From assembly GCA_020725385.1 (NCBI GenBank), contig DYFC01000025.1, positions 1 through 14,602 of the forward strand: a stretch of DNA of 14,602 bases. Direction: 5' to 3'. The notes below the pieces were generated by a model that worked only from the letters and a program-made list of their open reading frames with translations, was not told where the DNA came from and searched no databases. This document shows, one piece after another, positions 6,338 through 14,574 of the stretch. The position numbers and the translations under genes are program-made. This DNA is from Nitrospira japonica. Its GTDB lineage: Bacteria; Nitrospirota; Thermodesulfovibrionia; Thermodesulfovibrionales; SM23-35. Every line of letters starts with the position of its first letter. The stretch's first letter is position 1.

Positions 6338-8716
6338 ATGAAAGCAAAAGATATTCTAAATACTGCATTTCTAAAAAACGGAATGTCAGGAAAGAATATT
6401 TTAACTATTCACGGTATTGTTCAAGGCAAACGTGTTCCATCGAGAATTCTTGAAGAAAAAATACAACAGGCTGTTAAAGATGGAGCAAGAGAAATTCACA
6501 TCATTGCCGATGGTCAGCATGGTATAGGTGGCAGGATATGGCCAAGGGGTGAAATAATAAAAATATGGATTGATGGACCTGTTGGCCAGAGACTCGGAAG
6601 CATGGGAATGATGGGTACTGAAATTATTGTTAATGGCAGTGCTTCGGATGATGTTGGATGGATTAATTGTGGAGCAAAAATAACAGTTCTTGGAGATGTT
6701 ACTAACGGCGCTTTTAATGCTGCTGCACAGGGCATTTTGTATGTTCAAGGAAGTGGAGGTGCACGTTGTGATACCATGACAAAACATAATCCCAGATTTG
6801 AACCACCACAATCATGGTATTTTAGAAATGTTGGAGATTCATTCGCTGAATTCAAAGCAGGCGGAATTGCTGTTGTTTGCGGGGTAAACCCAAGAAATCC
6901 TGATAACATTTTAGGGTACCGTCCATGTGTTGGAATGGTTGGCGGTACAATTTATTTCAGGGGGAATATAAAAGAATACAGTGAACGTGATGTACAACTT
7001 CTTGAGCTCACCCCGCAGGATTGGGAATGGCTTAAATTAAATATGCTGCCTTTTCTTGAAGCTATTGATAGAACTTCATATTATGAAGAACTGACCCATA
7101 CAAAAGATGAATGGAAAAAATTTATTGCCTATACACCGCAGGAAAAACGCTCACGAAAATGGTTCAAAATAGAAATGCAGGATTTCAGGAAAGATACATG
7201 GGAAAAGGGTGTCGGTCAGGGTGGAATATTTGCTCCTTATATAGATCATGAACCAACTATATTACCTTATATTACTACCGGTAAAGACAGGAGAGTAAGA
7301 CCTGTATGGGCTAATGAAAAATACTTGCCTCCATGTGCTTATAATTGTCCTTCAAGCATACCATCACATAAAAGAGCTGCTCTAATTAGGAAAGGTAAAC
7401 TTCAAGAAGCCCTCGAACTTGTACTTCAATACAGTCCTTTGCCGGCAACTGTTTGTGGTCAGATTTGTCCTAATTTGTGTATGCAGAGTTGCACGCGTTC
7501 CAAACTCGATTCACCATTGGGAATTGATAAATTTGGTCAATTGGCTTTGGATCTTTCTGCACCTAAAAAAGCTAAATCAACCGGACATACAATAGCAGTT
7601 ATAGGTGCAGGACCCGGTGGATTGAGCGCAGCATGGCAACTTGCTTTAAAAGGGCACACTGTAAATCTTTTTGAAGCTACGGATAAACTTGGTGGCAAAC
7701 TTGAATTATGTATCCCGAGAGAACGCCTCCCTCAGGACGTGTTACAGAAAGAGCTTTCAAGATTTAAAGATATAGGTGTCAATATTCATCTAAATGAAAA
7801 AATTGGCAGAGATAAATTTGAGGAAATATATAAAGCTAATGAAATAGTAGTCATAGCATGCGGTGCGCATAAACCGAGAATATTTCCTTTCCCTGGTTCC
7901 GAATATATAATCTCTGCATATGATTTTTTGAGAGATATAAACTCAGGGAATGAACCCGATTTTGCTAATAAAAAAGTAGTTATTATTGGGGCAGGCAATG
8001 TAGGTATGGATGTTGCATCACAGGCATTCAACTGTGGTGCTTTATCAGTTACCGCGGTTGATATTCAAAAACCCGCTGCATTTGGAAAAGAAATGGATAC
8101 CGCTGTTTCAAAAGGAACAAAAATATTATGGCCTAAATTCACAGAAAAATACGATAATGAAGAAAAAAAACTTTATTTTAAGGATGGGTCATCCATTGAA
8201 GCAGATGTAGTAATAATGTCGGTTGGAGATGTTCCTGTGCTTGATTTTCTTCCTCAATCAATTCATACTGAAAGAGGATGGATTGCTGTGAATAATATTG
8301 GCCAGACTTCTGATGTAAAAGTTTTTGCTATTGGTGATGCAACAAGACTCGGGCTTGTAACACATGCTATCGGACAGGGAAGGATTGCAGCTGAAGTAAT
8401 ACATGCGCAATTGATGCAGGCTCCTTATCTTCCTGAAACAAGAAAAGTCATACCATACGAACGCATTAGAACCGAGTATTATGATATTTGTCGTGGCTCA
8501 TTTAATCCTGAAGAAGAAGCAAACAAATGTATGTCCTGTGCTACATGCCGTGACTGTCATATGTGCGAAATTACATGTTATTGGGGAGCTATAAGCAGAA
8601 TCGAGCATAGTGATGGAACGTATGAATATGTAGTTGATGATGATAAATGTATTGGATGCGGTTTCTGCGCCGGGATCTGTCCCTGCGGTGTCTGGGAAAT
8701 GGTAGAAAATATTTAA
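6338..8716 (+). CDS. Fusion of GXGXG (GltB C-terminal/GltB3) beta-helix, GltD/NfnB-like FAD/NAD(P)H oxidoreductase and C-terminal ferredoxin
   Basis: GQHGIGG, GPVGQRLGSMG, GSASDDVG, VGDSFAEF repeats. PPCAYNCP...VCGQICPNLCMQSCTR, FAD motif IGAGPGG, second Rossmann IGAGNVGMD, VFAIGD, CMSCATCRDCHMC and CIGCGFCAGICP. ORF is open from 6287; ATG 6338 is the more plausible start, but this is uncertain. Confidence 0.88.
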   Translation: MKAKDILNTAFLKNGMSGKNILTIHGIVQGKRVPSRILEEKIQQAVKDGAREIHIIADGQHGIGGRIWPRGEIIKIWIDGPVGQRLGSMGMMGTEIIVNGSASDDVGWINCGAKITVLGDVTNGAFNAAAQGILYVQGSGGARCDTMTKHNPRFEPPQSWYFRNVGDSFAEFKAGGIAVVCGVNPRNPDNILGYRPCVGMVGGTIYFRGNIKEYSERDVQLLELTPQDWEWLKLNMLPFLEAIDRTSYYEELTHTKDEWKKFIAYTPQEKRSRKWFKIEMQDFRKDTWEKGVGQGGIFAPYIDHEPTILPYITTGKDRRVRPVWANEKYLPPCAYNCPSSIPSHKRAALIRKGKLQEALELVLQYSPLPATVCGQICPNLCMQSCTRSKLDSPLGIDKFGQLALDLSAPKKAKSTGHTIAVIGAGPGGLSAAWQLALKGHTVNLFEATDKLGGKLELCIPRERLPQDVLQKELSRFKDIGVNIHLNEKIGRDKFEEIYKANEIVVIACGAHKPRIFPFPGSEYIISAYDFLRDINSGNEPDFANKKVVIIGAGNVGMDVASQAFNCGALSVTAVDIQKPAAFGKEMDTAVSKGTKILWPKFTEKYDNEEKKLYFKDGSSIEADVVIMSVGDVPVLDFLPQSIHTERGWIAVNNIGQTSDVKVFAIGDATRLGLVTHAIGQGRIAAEVIHAQLMQAPYLPETRKVIPYERIRTEYYDICRGSFNPEEEANKCMSCATCRDCHMCEITCYWGAISRIEHSDGTYEYVVDDDKCIGCGFCAGICPCGVWEMVENI

Positions 8717-8717
8717 A

Positions 8718-10232
8718 ATGTCTTATTCACTTGCAAGAGAAAATAGAATACTCAATGCTTTGCTTGAGGTTAGCAGAGTTTTAAATTCTTCTTTTGATCT
8801 TGAAAAAAATCTTTCCCGCACAATGAGAGTGCTTGGAGATTTTCTCGAGATGGAAAGAGGCTCTGTTTTTCTATATGACCAGAACACAAAAGAACTGAAA
8901 ATAGTAGCTGCTCAGGGTTTAACAAAAGAACAAATTGATCGTGGCAAATATAAAATTGGTGAAGGAATTGTTGGCAGAGTACTCGAAAAAGGCACACCGA
9001 TGGTAATTTCAAATGTTGGTAACGAGCCTTTATTTATGAATAAAACAGGCTCTCGCATCGGGAAAAATGGCATATCTTTTCTATGCGTACCAATTCAATT
9101 CAAAGGGGAATCAATCGGGGTCTTAAGTGTTGACAAGATTTTTAAAGACAGAGATATTACAGTTGATGAGGATATAAGAGTACTTGAGATAATTTCTTCA
9201 ATTATAGCCCAGTATGTAATCCTCTGGAAACACTATAGAGAATCCGAAATGGAACGTGAAAATCTAAAACTACAATTAAAAGGGAAATATAGCCTTCCAA
9301 ATATTATCGGCAATTCTGACAAAATGCAAGAAGTCTTTGAAGCAGTTCATAGGGTTTCGGACTCAAAAGCCACTGTTATTCTATATGGTGAAAGTGGAAC
9401 AGGTAAAGAGTTAATCGCAAAAGCTATACATTATATGAGCCCGCGTTCTAAATTTCCATTTATAAAATTCAACTGCGCTTCAATACCCGAGGGTCTTCTT
9501 GAATCTGAATTGTTCGGACATGAAAAAGGAGCTTTCACAGGAGCAATAATTGCAAGAAAAGGAAGGTTTGAACTTGCTGACAAAGGCACTATTCTTCTTG
9601 ATGAAATCGGAGATTTACCACTGAATTTACAGCCTAAAATTCTCAGGGTTCTTCAGGAAAAAGAATTCGAAAGAGTTGGAGGAGAAAAAACAATAAAAGT
9701 TGATGTCAGGCTTCTTGCAGCAACAAGCAGAAATCTTGAGGAACTTGTATCTAAAGGAAAATTCAGAGAAGACCTTTTCTACAGATTGAACGTAGTGCCA
9801 ATTTTTATGCCTCCCTTAAGAGAGCGGAAAGAAGACATTTCATTGCTTGTTGAGTTCTTCCTGAAAAAATTCAATAGAGAAAATAACAAAGACGTAACTA
9901 TATCCCCTGATGCTGTAAGAATACTTACAGATTATCATTGGCCTGGGAATGTTAGAGAACTTGAAAACACAATTGAAAGACTAATTGTAATGTCAGCATC
10001 ATCTGTTATCAGAGCATCAGATCTTCCTGTAACAATGAAGCTTCCTCCATACGAGGATGTGCTTAAAAAGGAATCCCTTAAAACAGGCATTGAAGATATT
10101 GAAAAATCGAGCATTCTTGATGCCCTTGAAAAAACAGGCTGGGTACAGGCAAAAGCAGCCCGTTTAATTGGAATTACACCAAGACAGATCGGGTATAAGA
10201 TTAAAAAATATAATCTACAAAATCATCAATAA
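8718..10232 (+). CDS. nifA: NifA-type sigma54-dependent enhancer-binding protein (GAF, AAA+, Fis HTH)
   Basis: GAF (GEGIVGRV, SFLCVPI, GVLSVD), Walker A GESGTGKE, ESELFGHEKGAFTGA, LLDEIGD, FREDLFYRLNV, WPGNVRELEN. HTH GWVQAKAARLIGITPRQIGY is characteristic of NifA. Starts 1 nt after the previous stop. Its regulon (nif or other) cannot be determined here. Confidence 0.85.
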   Translation: MSYSLARENRILNALLEVSRVLNSSFDLEKNLSRTMRVLGDFLEMERGSVFLYDQNTKELKIVAAQGLTKEQIDRGKYKIGEGIVGRVLEKGTPMVISNVGNEPLFMNKTGSRIGKNGISFLCVPIQFKGESIGVLSVDKIFKDRDITVDEDIRVLEIISSIIAQYVILWKHYRESEMERENLKLQLKGKYSLPNIIGNSDKMQEVFEAVHRVSDSKATVILYGESGTGKELIAKAIHYMSPRSKFPFIKFNCASIPEGLLESELFGHEKGAFTGAIIARKGRFELADKGTILLDEIGDLPLNLQPKILRVLQEKEFERVGGEKTIKVDVRLLAATSRNLEELVSKGKFREDLFYRLNVVPIFMPPLRERKEDISLLVEFFLKKFNRENNKDVTISPDAVRILTDYHWPGNVRELENTIERLIVMSASSVIRASDLPVTMKLPPYEDVLKKESLKTGIEDIEKSSILDALEKTGWVQAKAARLIGITPRQIGYKIKKYNLQNHQ

Positions 10233-10251
10233 TAAATGTCAACTGATATTC

Positions 10252-10542
10252 TTAAATCTTGGATTCATCCTGGGAAACATTACTAAAAACTTTACTTTCA
10301 TCTTTATTCATCATGTGCAAAGCATCTTTAATTGAAAGTTCAGGATACTTGATAACAGAGATGACTACATCAGCAATTGGATAATCAATAAAAAAATCTT
10401 CTCCATACATTACCCTAACAAACTGTCTTTTTAGAATGAACTTTCTCTTATTATGACCATTACTATCAGTGTAAGGGATAATAATATATTCTTCATCTTC
10501 CTGTAGCCTGTATTCCTTTATTAAATTTTCAATTTCTTCCAT
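10252..10542 (-). CDS. Hypothetical protein, 96 aa
   Basis: ATG-started ORF filling the intergenic gap, with plausible composition. No recognisable motif and no clear SD. Confidence 0.6.
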   Translation of the reverse strand: MEEIENLIKEYRLQEDEEYIIIPYTDSNGHNKRKFILKRQFVRVMYGEDFFIDYPIADVVISVIKYPELSIKDALHMMNKDESKVFSNVSQDESKI

Positions 10543-10654
10543 AATATTTATGCTTTTTAGATAAGAGATAACTACTTTCAGAAATTACATTTAATAGAAT
10601 AACAATAATCCATCTATTAAGTAAAATTAAGATATTCTATGGCATTAGATATTC

Positions 10655-10688
10655 TGTAAACAATGTAAACTGTGTAAACCATATAAAC
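10655..10688. repeat. Four phased heptamer repeats T(G/A)TAAAC with 9-bp period
   Basis: TGTAAAC at 10655, 10664 and 10673; TATAAAC at 10682. Confidence 0.75.
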
Positions 10689-10692
10689 TAAT

Positions 10693-10719
10693 TAAAGCAT
10701 TTCTTTAGAATTCCGATAA
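10693..10719 (+). promoter_or_regulatory. sigma28 (FliA/SigD)-type promoter
   Basis: TAAA (10693-10696), 15-bp spacer, TCCGATAA (10712-10719). Consensus is TAAA-N15-GCCGATAA, so one mismatch with exact spacing. Confidence 0.7.
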
Positions 10720-10749
10720 ATAATTATATTACTTTAACCCAAAAAACCT

Positions 10750-11064
10750 ATGCAAAAGATACCTTTAGCTCTTGCTTTTGATGGAATGATTTTGGCTCAG
10801 GAAATTAAAAATCCTGATAATCCTGAAGGTCCTCCTTTATGCGGGAAAGGTGTTGTTTTAAGCAGTTCTCTAATTGAAAGACTGCACAGAATCGGGGTTC
10901 AATCAATAACAGTTGAGGGTCATCCGGTTAAAATTGAAGGTGAAAAAACACTCGATGAAGAACTTTCATCTCTTGATTATAGATTCAGAAAAGTCAAAGA
11001 CGACCCTAATATGAGAATTTTAAGAGAAATATACAGGATTCAAATAATAAAGGCAAGACAATAA
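10750..11064 (+). CDS. Small hypothetical protein resembling the N-terminal module of many HD-GYP proteins
   Basis: GMILAQEI...PLCGKGVVLSSSLIERLHRIGVQSITVE resembles the GMVLAxD...LLxxGxxLTxxxIxRLxxxGIxxVxI pattern. Ends 1 nt before the HDOD start. Confidence 0.7.
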   Translation: MQKIPLALAFDGMILAQEIKNPDNPEGPPLCGKGVVLSSSLIERLHRIGVQSITVEGHPVKIEGEKTLDEELSSLDYRFRKVKDDPNMRILREIYRIQIIKARQ

Positions 11065-11065
11065 T

Positions 11066-11923
11066 ATGGAAATTAAAGTAAATGAAATAAAGCGAATAGT
11101 ACAGGACACTAAATCACTTCCAACATTACCGGGAATTGTTCTTAAAATAAGCAAACTCGCTGAAGATGACAAATCTTCTGTGAATGAAATTGCAAAACTT
11201 ATTTCATCGGATCATATTCTTTCAGCAAAAGTATTAAAACTGGTTAATTCACCATTTTACGGTTTCTCAGGGAGAGTCTCAACTATTTCAAATGCTCTTA
11301 TTCTTCTTGGTGTTAATGTTATAAGAAGTCTTGCTCTTAGTAGTTCAATATTCGAAATAATGGAAAAAAGTGTTGTCGGATTATGGGAACATTCTTTTGG
11401 TTCTGCTGTTGCAGCAAACACTATTGCGAAAAAACTTCAACTACCTGATGCTGAAGAAATATCAACAGCAGCCTTGCTTCATGACATTGGCAAGGCAATA
11501 ATCAAAATTAAACTCGAGGATGATTACAATCAACTAATCTCCATCGTAAAAGAAAAAGATATAAGCATGATCGAAGCAGAGCAAGAACTCCTCGGTGTCG
11601 GACATCCTGAAATTGGTGAATGGATAGCAAAAATATGGTTTTTACCGGAAAAATTAATTGAGCCAATAGCCTGTCATCATAATGTAAAAAAATCTATAAT
11701 TCATAAAACAAAAACTGCGGCAGTACATCTGGCGGATATTCTTGTAAAAGCTTCGGGATTCGGTTTCAGCGGTGATGACATTGTGCCACGCATTCAAACT
11801 GCAGCATGGGACAACCTTGGTTTGAATGAAAAACTACTCGAAGAAATTGTACAGGAAACCGGGGATAGACTCATAGATGCGAAAAATTTCAGTCTTGAAG
11901 TTCAAACAGGCGGTGAAAAATAA
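11066..11923 (+). CDS. HDOD domain protein
   Basis: LPTLP, ISSDHILSAKVLKLVNSPFYG, AL-x-x-LG, LWEHS, ALLHDIGK, HPEIG...W-x-LP, ACHH. Confidence 0.92.
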   Translation: MEIKVNEIKRIVQDTKSLPTLPGIVLKISKLAEDDKSSVNEIAKLISSDHILSAKVLKLVNSPFYGFSGRVSTISNALILLGVNVIRSLALSSSIFEIMEKSVVGLWEHSFGSAVAANTIAKKLQLPDAEEISTAALLHDIGKAIIKIKLEDDYNQLISIVKEKDISMIEAEQELLGVGHPEIGEWIAKIWFLPEKLIEPIACHHNVKKSIIHKTKTAAVHLADILVKASGFGFSGDDIVPRIQTAAWDNLGLNEKLLEEIVQETGDRLIDAKNFSLEVQTGGEK

Positions 11924-12836
11924 TCTTAGAATAGCTTTAATATCAAAAGATTGTGAACTCTCATCACAATTATCTTTACATATTGAAAGCAAAGGCCATC
12001 AGGTAATTGTCTTCAATAATGAAGCAATGGTTCTTGGATATATTTATTCTGATCCTCCAGATATAATCATTATAAATTTACTAATCCCGGAAACAAATTT
12101 TCATAATCTTATATCTGAAATTAAAAAAGATAGTTATTTTGGTACTATTCCAATTATAGGCTTGGTCGATGAAAACATTCATAACACTACAGATTGGAAA
12201 GCTCACCCGATTGATGATTTTATTACTTCACCTTTTAAATATAATGAACTTTTCAGCAGAATCTCGCTCGCAACAAATAGGATTAAGAGAATATTTGATA
12301 ATAACCCCCTAACAAAGCTCCCGGGGAATACCTCGATTCAACATGCTATTGAAAATACAATCGGTTCACCGATGTCAGTTTGTTATTTAGATATAAATAA
12401 TTTCAAACCTTACAATGATACTTATGGTTTTACAAGAGGGGACGAAGTCATCCGCATGACAGCAAGAATCATTTATAATGCTGTAAAACAAACAGGCGAT
12501 GGTAGTTTTGTAGGACATATCGGAGGAGATGATTTTGTCTTTATTGTAAAAAATGAACTTGCTGAATCAATATGCCAGACAATAATAAACAATTTTAATA
12601 TTATTGTCTCGGATTTATTCGAAGAAGAGGCAAAACTCAAAGGATTTTATATCGCAAAAGACAGGCAAGGCAATGAACATAAAATTTATCTGCTCAGCAT
12701 GGCTATTGCAGTAGTCCCGATGAATACTCCTCAGATTCAACATTATGGCAAAGTTGCTGAAATAGCAGCGGAATTAAAAAAACACGCCAAGAAATTCAAT
12801 GAAAGTAAATATTTAATTAATAGAAGAAAGAAATAG
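11877..12836 (+). CDS. Receiver-like domain plus GGDEF-family (GGDDF) diguanylate cyclase
   Basis: Degenerate REC (PPDIIIINL, IPIIGL, DDFITSPF), NPLTKLPGN, YLDINNFKPYNDTYGFTRGD, GHIGGDDF. An alternative start is GTG at 11913. Confidence 0.88.
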   Translation: MRKISVLKFKQAVKNNLRIALISKDCELSSQLSLHIESKGHQVIVFNNEAMVLGYIYSDPPDIIIINLLIPETNFHNLISEIKKDSYFGTIPIIGLVDENIHNTTDWKAHPIDDFITSPFKYNELFSRISLATNRIKRIFDNNPLTKLPGNTSIQHAIENTIGSPMSVCYLDINNFKPYNDTYGFTRGDEVIRMTARIIYNAVKQTGDGSFVGHIGGDDFVFIVKNELAESICQTIINNFNIIVSDLFEEEAKLKGFYIAKDRQGNEHKIYLLSMAIAVVPMNTPQIQHYGKVAEIAAELKKHAKKFNESKYLINRRKK

Positions 12837-12843
12837 CTCTTTA

Positions 12844-12867
12844 CTTTCAAGCTCATTACCTTGAAAG
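12844..12867 (+). terminator. Inverted repeat after the GGDEF gene (terminator or operator)
   Basis: CTTTCAAG-N8-CTTGAAAG, followed by CTTGTTAACTTTTT. Confidence 0.35.
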
Positions 12868-12932
12868 CTTGTTAACTTTTTACCTATATTTTTCGGGTTG
12901 ATAATTTTAAAAGAAATAATTACAATAGCTGC

Positions 12933-13259
12933 ATGGAAAAGAGGGGAGCTCGTAGAATTAAAGTTAAACTGAGTGCAGAACGTATTTCCGGGAATCGGAA
13001 ATACGGGGTATTCATTGAAAACATTTCTGAAAAAGGGATACATTTAATAACAACACATACAAAATCCCATGCAGAATATTTCCCCGGGAAAGACGTTGAT
13101 TTAAAGTTTTACTTAAATCCTGAAAAAGCTGTAAGCCTCCGCTGTAAAATAAGATGGGCATGTACGAAAATGCCGCCGAATGGAATGACAGATAGCATCG
13201 GGCTCGAAATAATAGACCCTCCAAAACAATACATTGAATTTGTAAAAACATTAAGTTAA
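12933..13259 (+). CDS. Single-domain PilZ protein (c-di-GMP receptor)
   Basis: RxxxR (KRGARR), (D/N)xSxxG (NISEKG), and C-terminal IRW...IGLEI. Confidence 0.88.
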   Translation: MEKRGARRIKVKLSAERISGNRKYGVFIENISEKGIHLITTHTKSHAEYFPGKDVDLKFYLNPEKAVSLRCKIRWACTKMPPNGMTDSIGLEIIDPPKQYIEFVKTLS

Positions 13260-13296
13260 ATCAAAACTCAGGATAAATTCTAAAATACCTTAAATC

Positions 13297-13305
13297 TGAT
13301 ATAAT
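13297..13305 (+). promoter_or_regulatory. Extended -10 promoter for the MNT-HEPN pair
   Basis: TG-A-TATAAT, flanked by AATTCTA (13276-13282) and TAGAATT (13311-13317 and 13328-13334). Confidence 0.5.
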
Positions 13306-13342
13306 GTTAATAGAATTGTATTCTGGATAGAATTTCTCTAAA

Positions 13343-13708
13343 ATGCTAACTGAAATAAAAATAAATCTTTCTTATTTAGAAGAAAAAGCTTTGAATTTAT
13401 TTTCCAGATATATTGAAAAAGAGGTTCCGGAAGCTGTTCAAGTAATACTTTTCGGTTCACGGGCAAGAGGAAAATCAAATACAGAAAGCGATCTTGATAT
13501 TGCAGTGATATTATCTGTTGATGTTATAAATAGAAAGTTATGGGATGATATCTGGAATATTAAATGGAAAGTCCTTGCATCACTTGATGCAGAGGAGTTT
13601 CCTTTTTCATTGATTCTTTTAACACAAAAAGAGTTGAAATCAAGGGACTTTGGAATCGAGAAGGTCATTAAATCTGAAGGATATGAATTATGGAAAAGAG
13701 AGAATTAG
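13343..13708 (+). CDS. Minimal nucleotidyltransferase (MNT), putative antitoxin
   Basis: VILFGSRARGKSNTESDLDIAV gives an intact GS-X10-DXD. C-terminal IKSEG. Overlaps the HEPN gene. Confidence 0.9.
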   Translation: MLTEIKINLSYLEEKALNLFSRYIEKEVPEAVQVILFGSRARGKSNTESDLDIAVILSVDVINRKLWDDIWNIKWKVLASLDAEEFPFSLILLTQKELKSRDFGIEKVIKSEGYELWKREN

Positions 13709-14124
13709 CCATAGCAGAGATGTCTGCTGCAGAAGAAAAGTTCATGGCTTTTAAAGATGACTATAATGGACAGCGCTGGGGAAATGCTACAGTTAGTTTG
13801 TTTTTTTCTTTAGAACATCTTATAAAAGCTCTTCTTGCAAGTGCAGGAATAGAAGCAACTTCTCATGAAGGCGTTAAGATTCTGTTTAGTATGCACTATA
13901 TAAAACCTGGAGCCATAAACGTGAAGATTGGAAGGTATCTCGGGAATCTCTATGATAGAAGAGCTACTGCTGAATATAGCCCTTTAAGAAGGAGCGAATT
14001 CACCAAAGAAGAGGTAGATACATATCTGGAATGGGTAAAAGAGTCAGCGAATGAAATCCTACCACTTTTGTCAAAAAATGGTATTGATACCAATACCTTC
14101 AAATCATTGATTAATTTTCCTTAA
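13690..14124 (+). CDS. HEPN domain protein (MNT partner)
   Basis: Helical HEPN pattern: LFFSLEHLIKALL, TSHEGV...F...YIKPG, LYDRRATAEY. 19-nt overlap with MNT. Confidence 0.85.
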   Translation: MEKRELAIAEMSAAEEKFMAFKDDYNGQRWGNATVSLFFSLEHLIKALLASAGIEATSHEGVKILFSMHYIKPGAINVKIGRYLGNLYDRRATAEYSPLRRSEFTKEEVDTYLEWVKESANEILPLLSKNGIDTNTFKSLINFP

Positions 14125-14141
14125 ACTTATAATCTATTCGG

Positions 14142-14498
14142 TTAACTGTTTTTACTTTTATTCTTTTTTATAATAGGTTTTTTTATTGCCTTTTCTTTTT
14201 TATTTTCGAGTCTTCCAATTTGCGCTTCTATTTTCTTTATTTTTGAGATTATCCCTTTTACTTTTTTATTAATCATAGGGTCTTTATTTATTGAATGGAG
14301 ACTATATACCATTCCACCAAGCTCTGCCATTCCCTCTTTTACCTTTGACTTCAGTTCAAGAAGATGGAGTTTTTTCTTTCCTTCTTTGCCAAGTTCGTCA
14401 ACCTTCTTTTTTGCAAAAGCAGAACTCTCTTTAAGAAATGCGATACCGGCTTTCAATTCTTTCTTTAGGTCTTTTTGTACTTTTTCCCAAAAATTCAT
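14142..14498 (-). CDS. Hypothetical Lys-rich coiled-coil protein (~118 aa)
   Basis: ATG 14498 follows the SD AAAGGAGG, so the track start at 14528 is too early. Amphipathic helices and a basic tail. Confidence 0.75.
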   Translation of the reverse strand: MNFWEKVQKDLKKELKAGIAFLKESSAFAKKKVDELGKEGKKKLHLLELKSKVKEGMAELGGMVYSLHSINKDPMINKKVKGIISKIKKIEAQIGRLENKKEKAIKKPIIKKNKSKNS

Positions 14499-14536
14499 TT
14501 TCAATCCTCCTTTAGTTTTTAAAAACAAACATCTAA

Positions 14537-14564
14537 ATTATAACAGATTTAATCCGTATGTAAA
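14537..14564 (-). promoter_or_regulatory. Extended -10 sigma70 promoter for the last gene
   Basis: Minus strand TTTACA (14564-14559), 16-bp spacer ending in TGT, then TATAAT (14542-14537). Confidence 0.55.
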
Positions 14565-14574
14565 ACAACTCGAA

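Noticed and set aside
3548-8716. N-methylglutamate synthase (mgsABC/glxBCD)
   Set aside because: No gmaS or mgd genes in the window, and the GltD fusion plus nitrogen regulator favour GOGAT. Not formally excluded.
10640-10656. sigma54 promoter starting TGGCAT
   Set aside because: No GC at the -12 position (TC instead).
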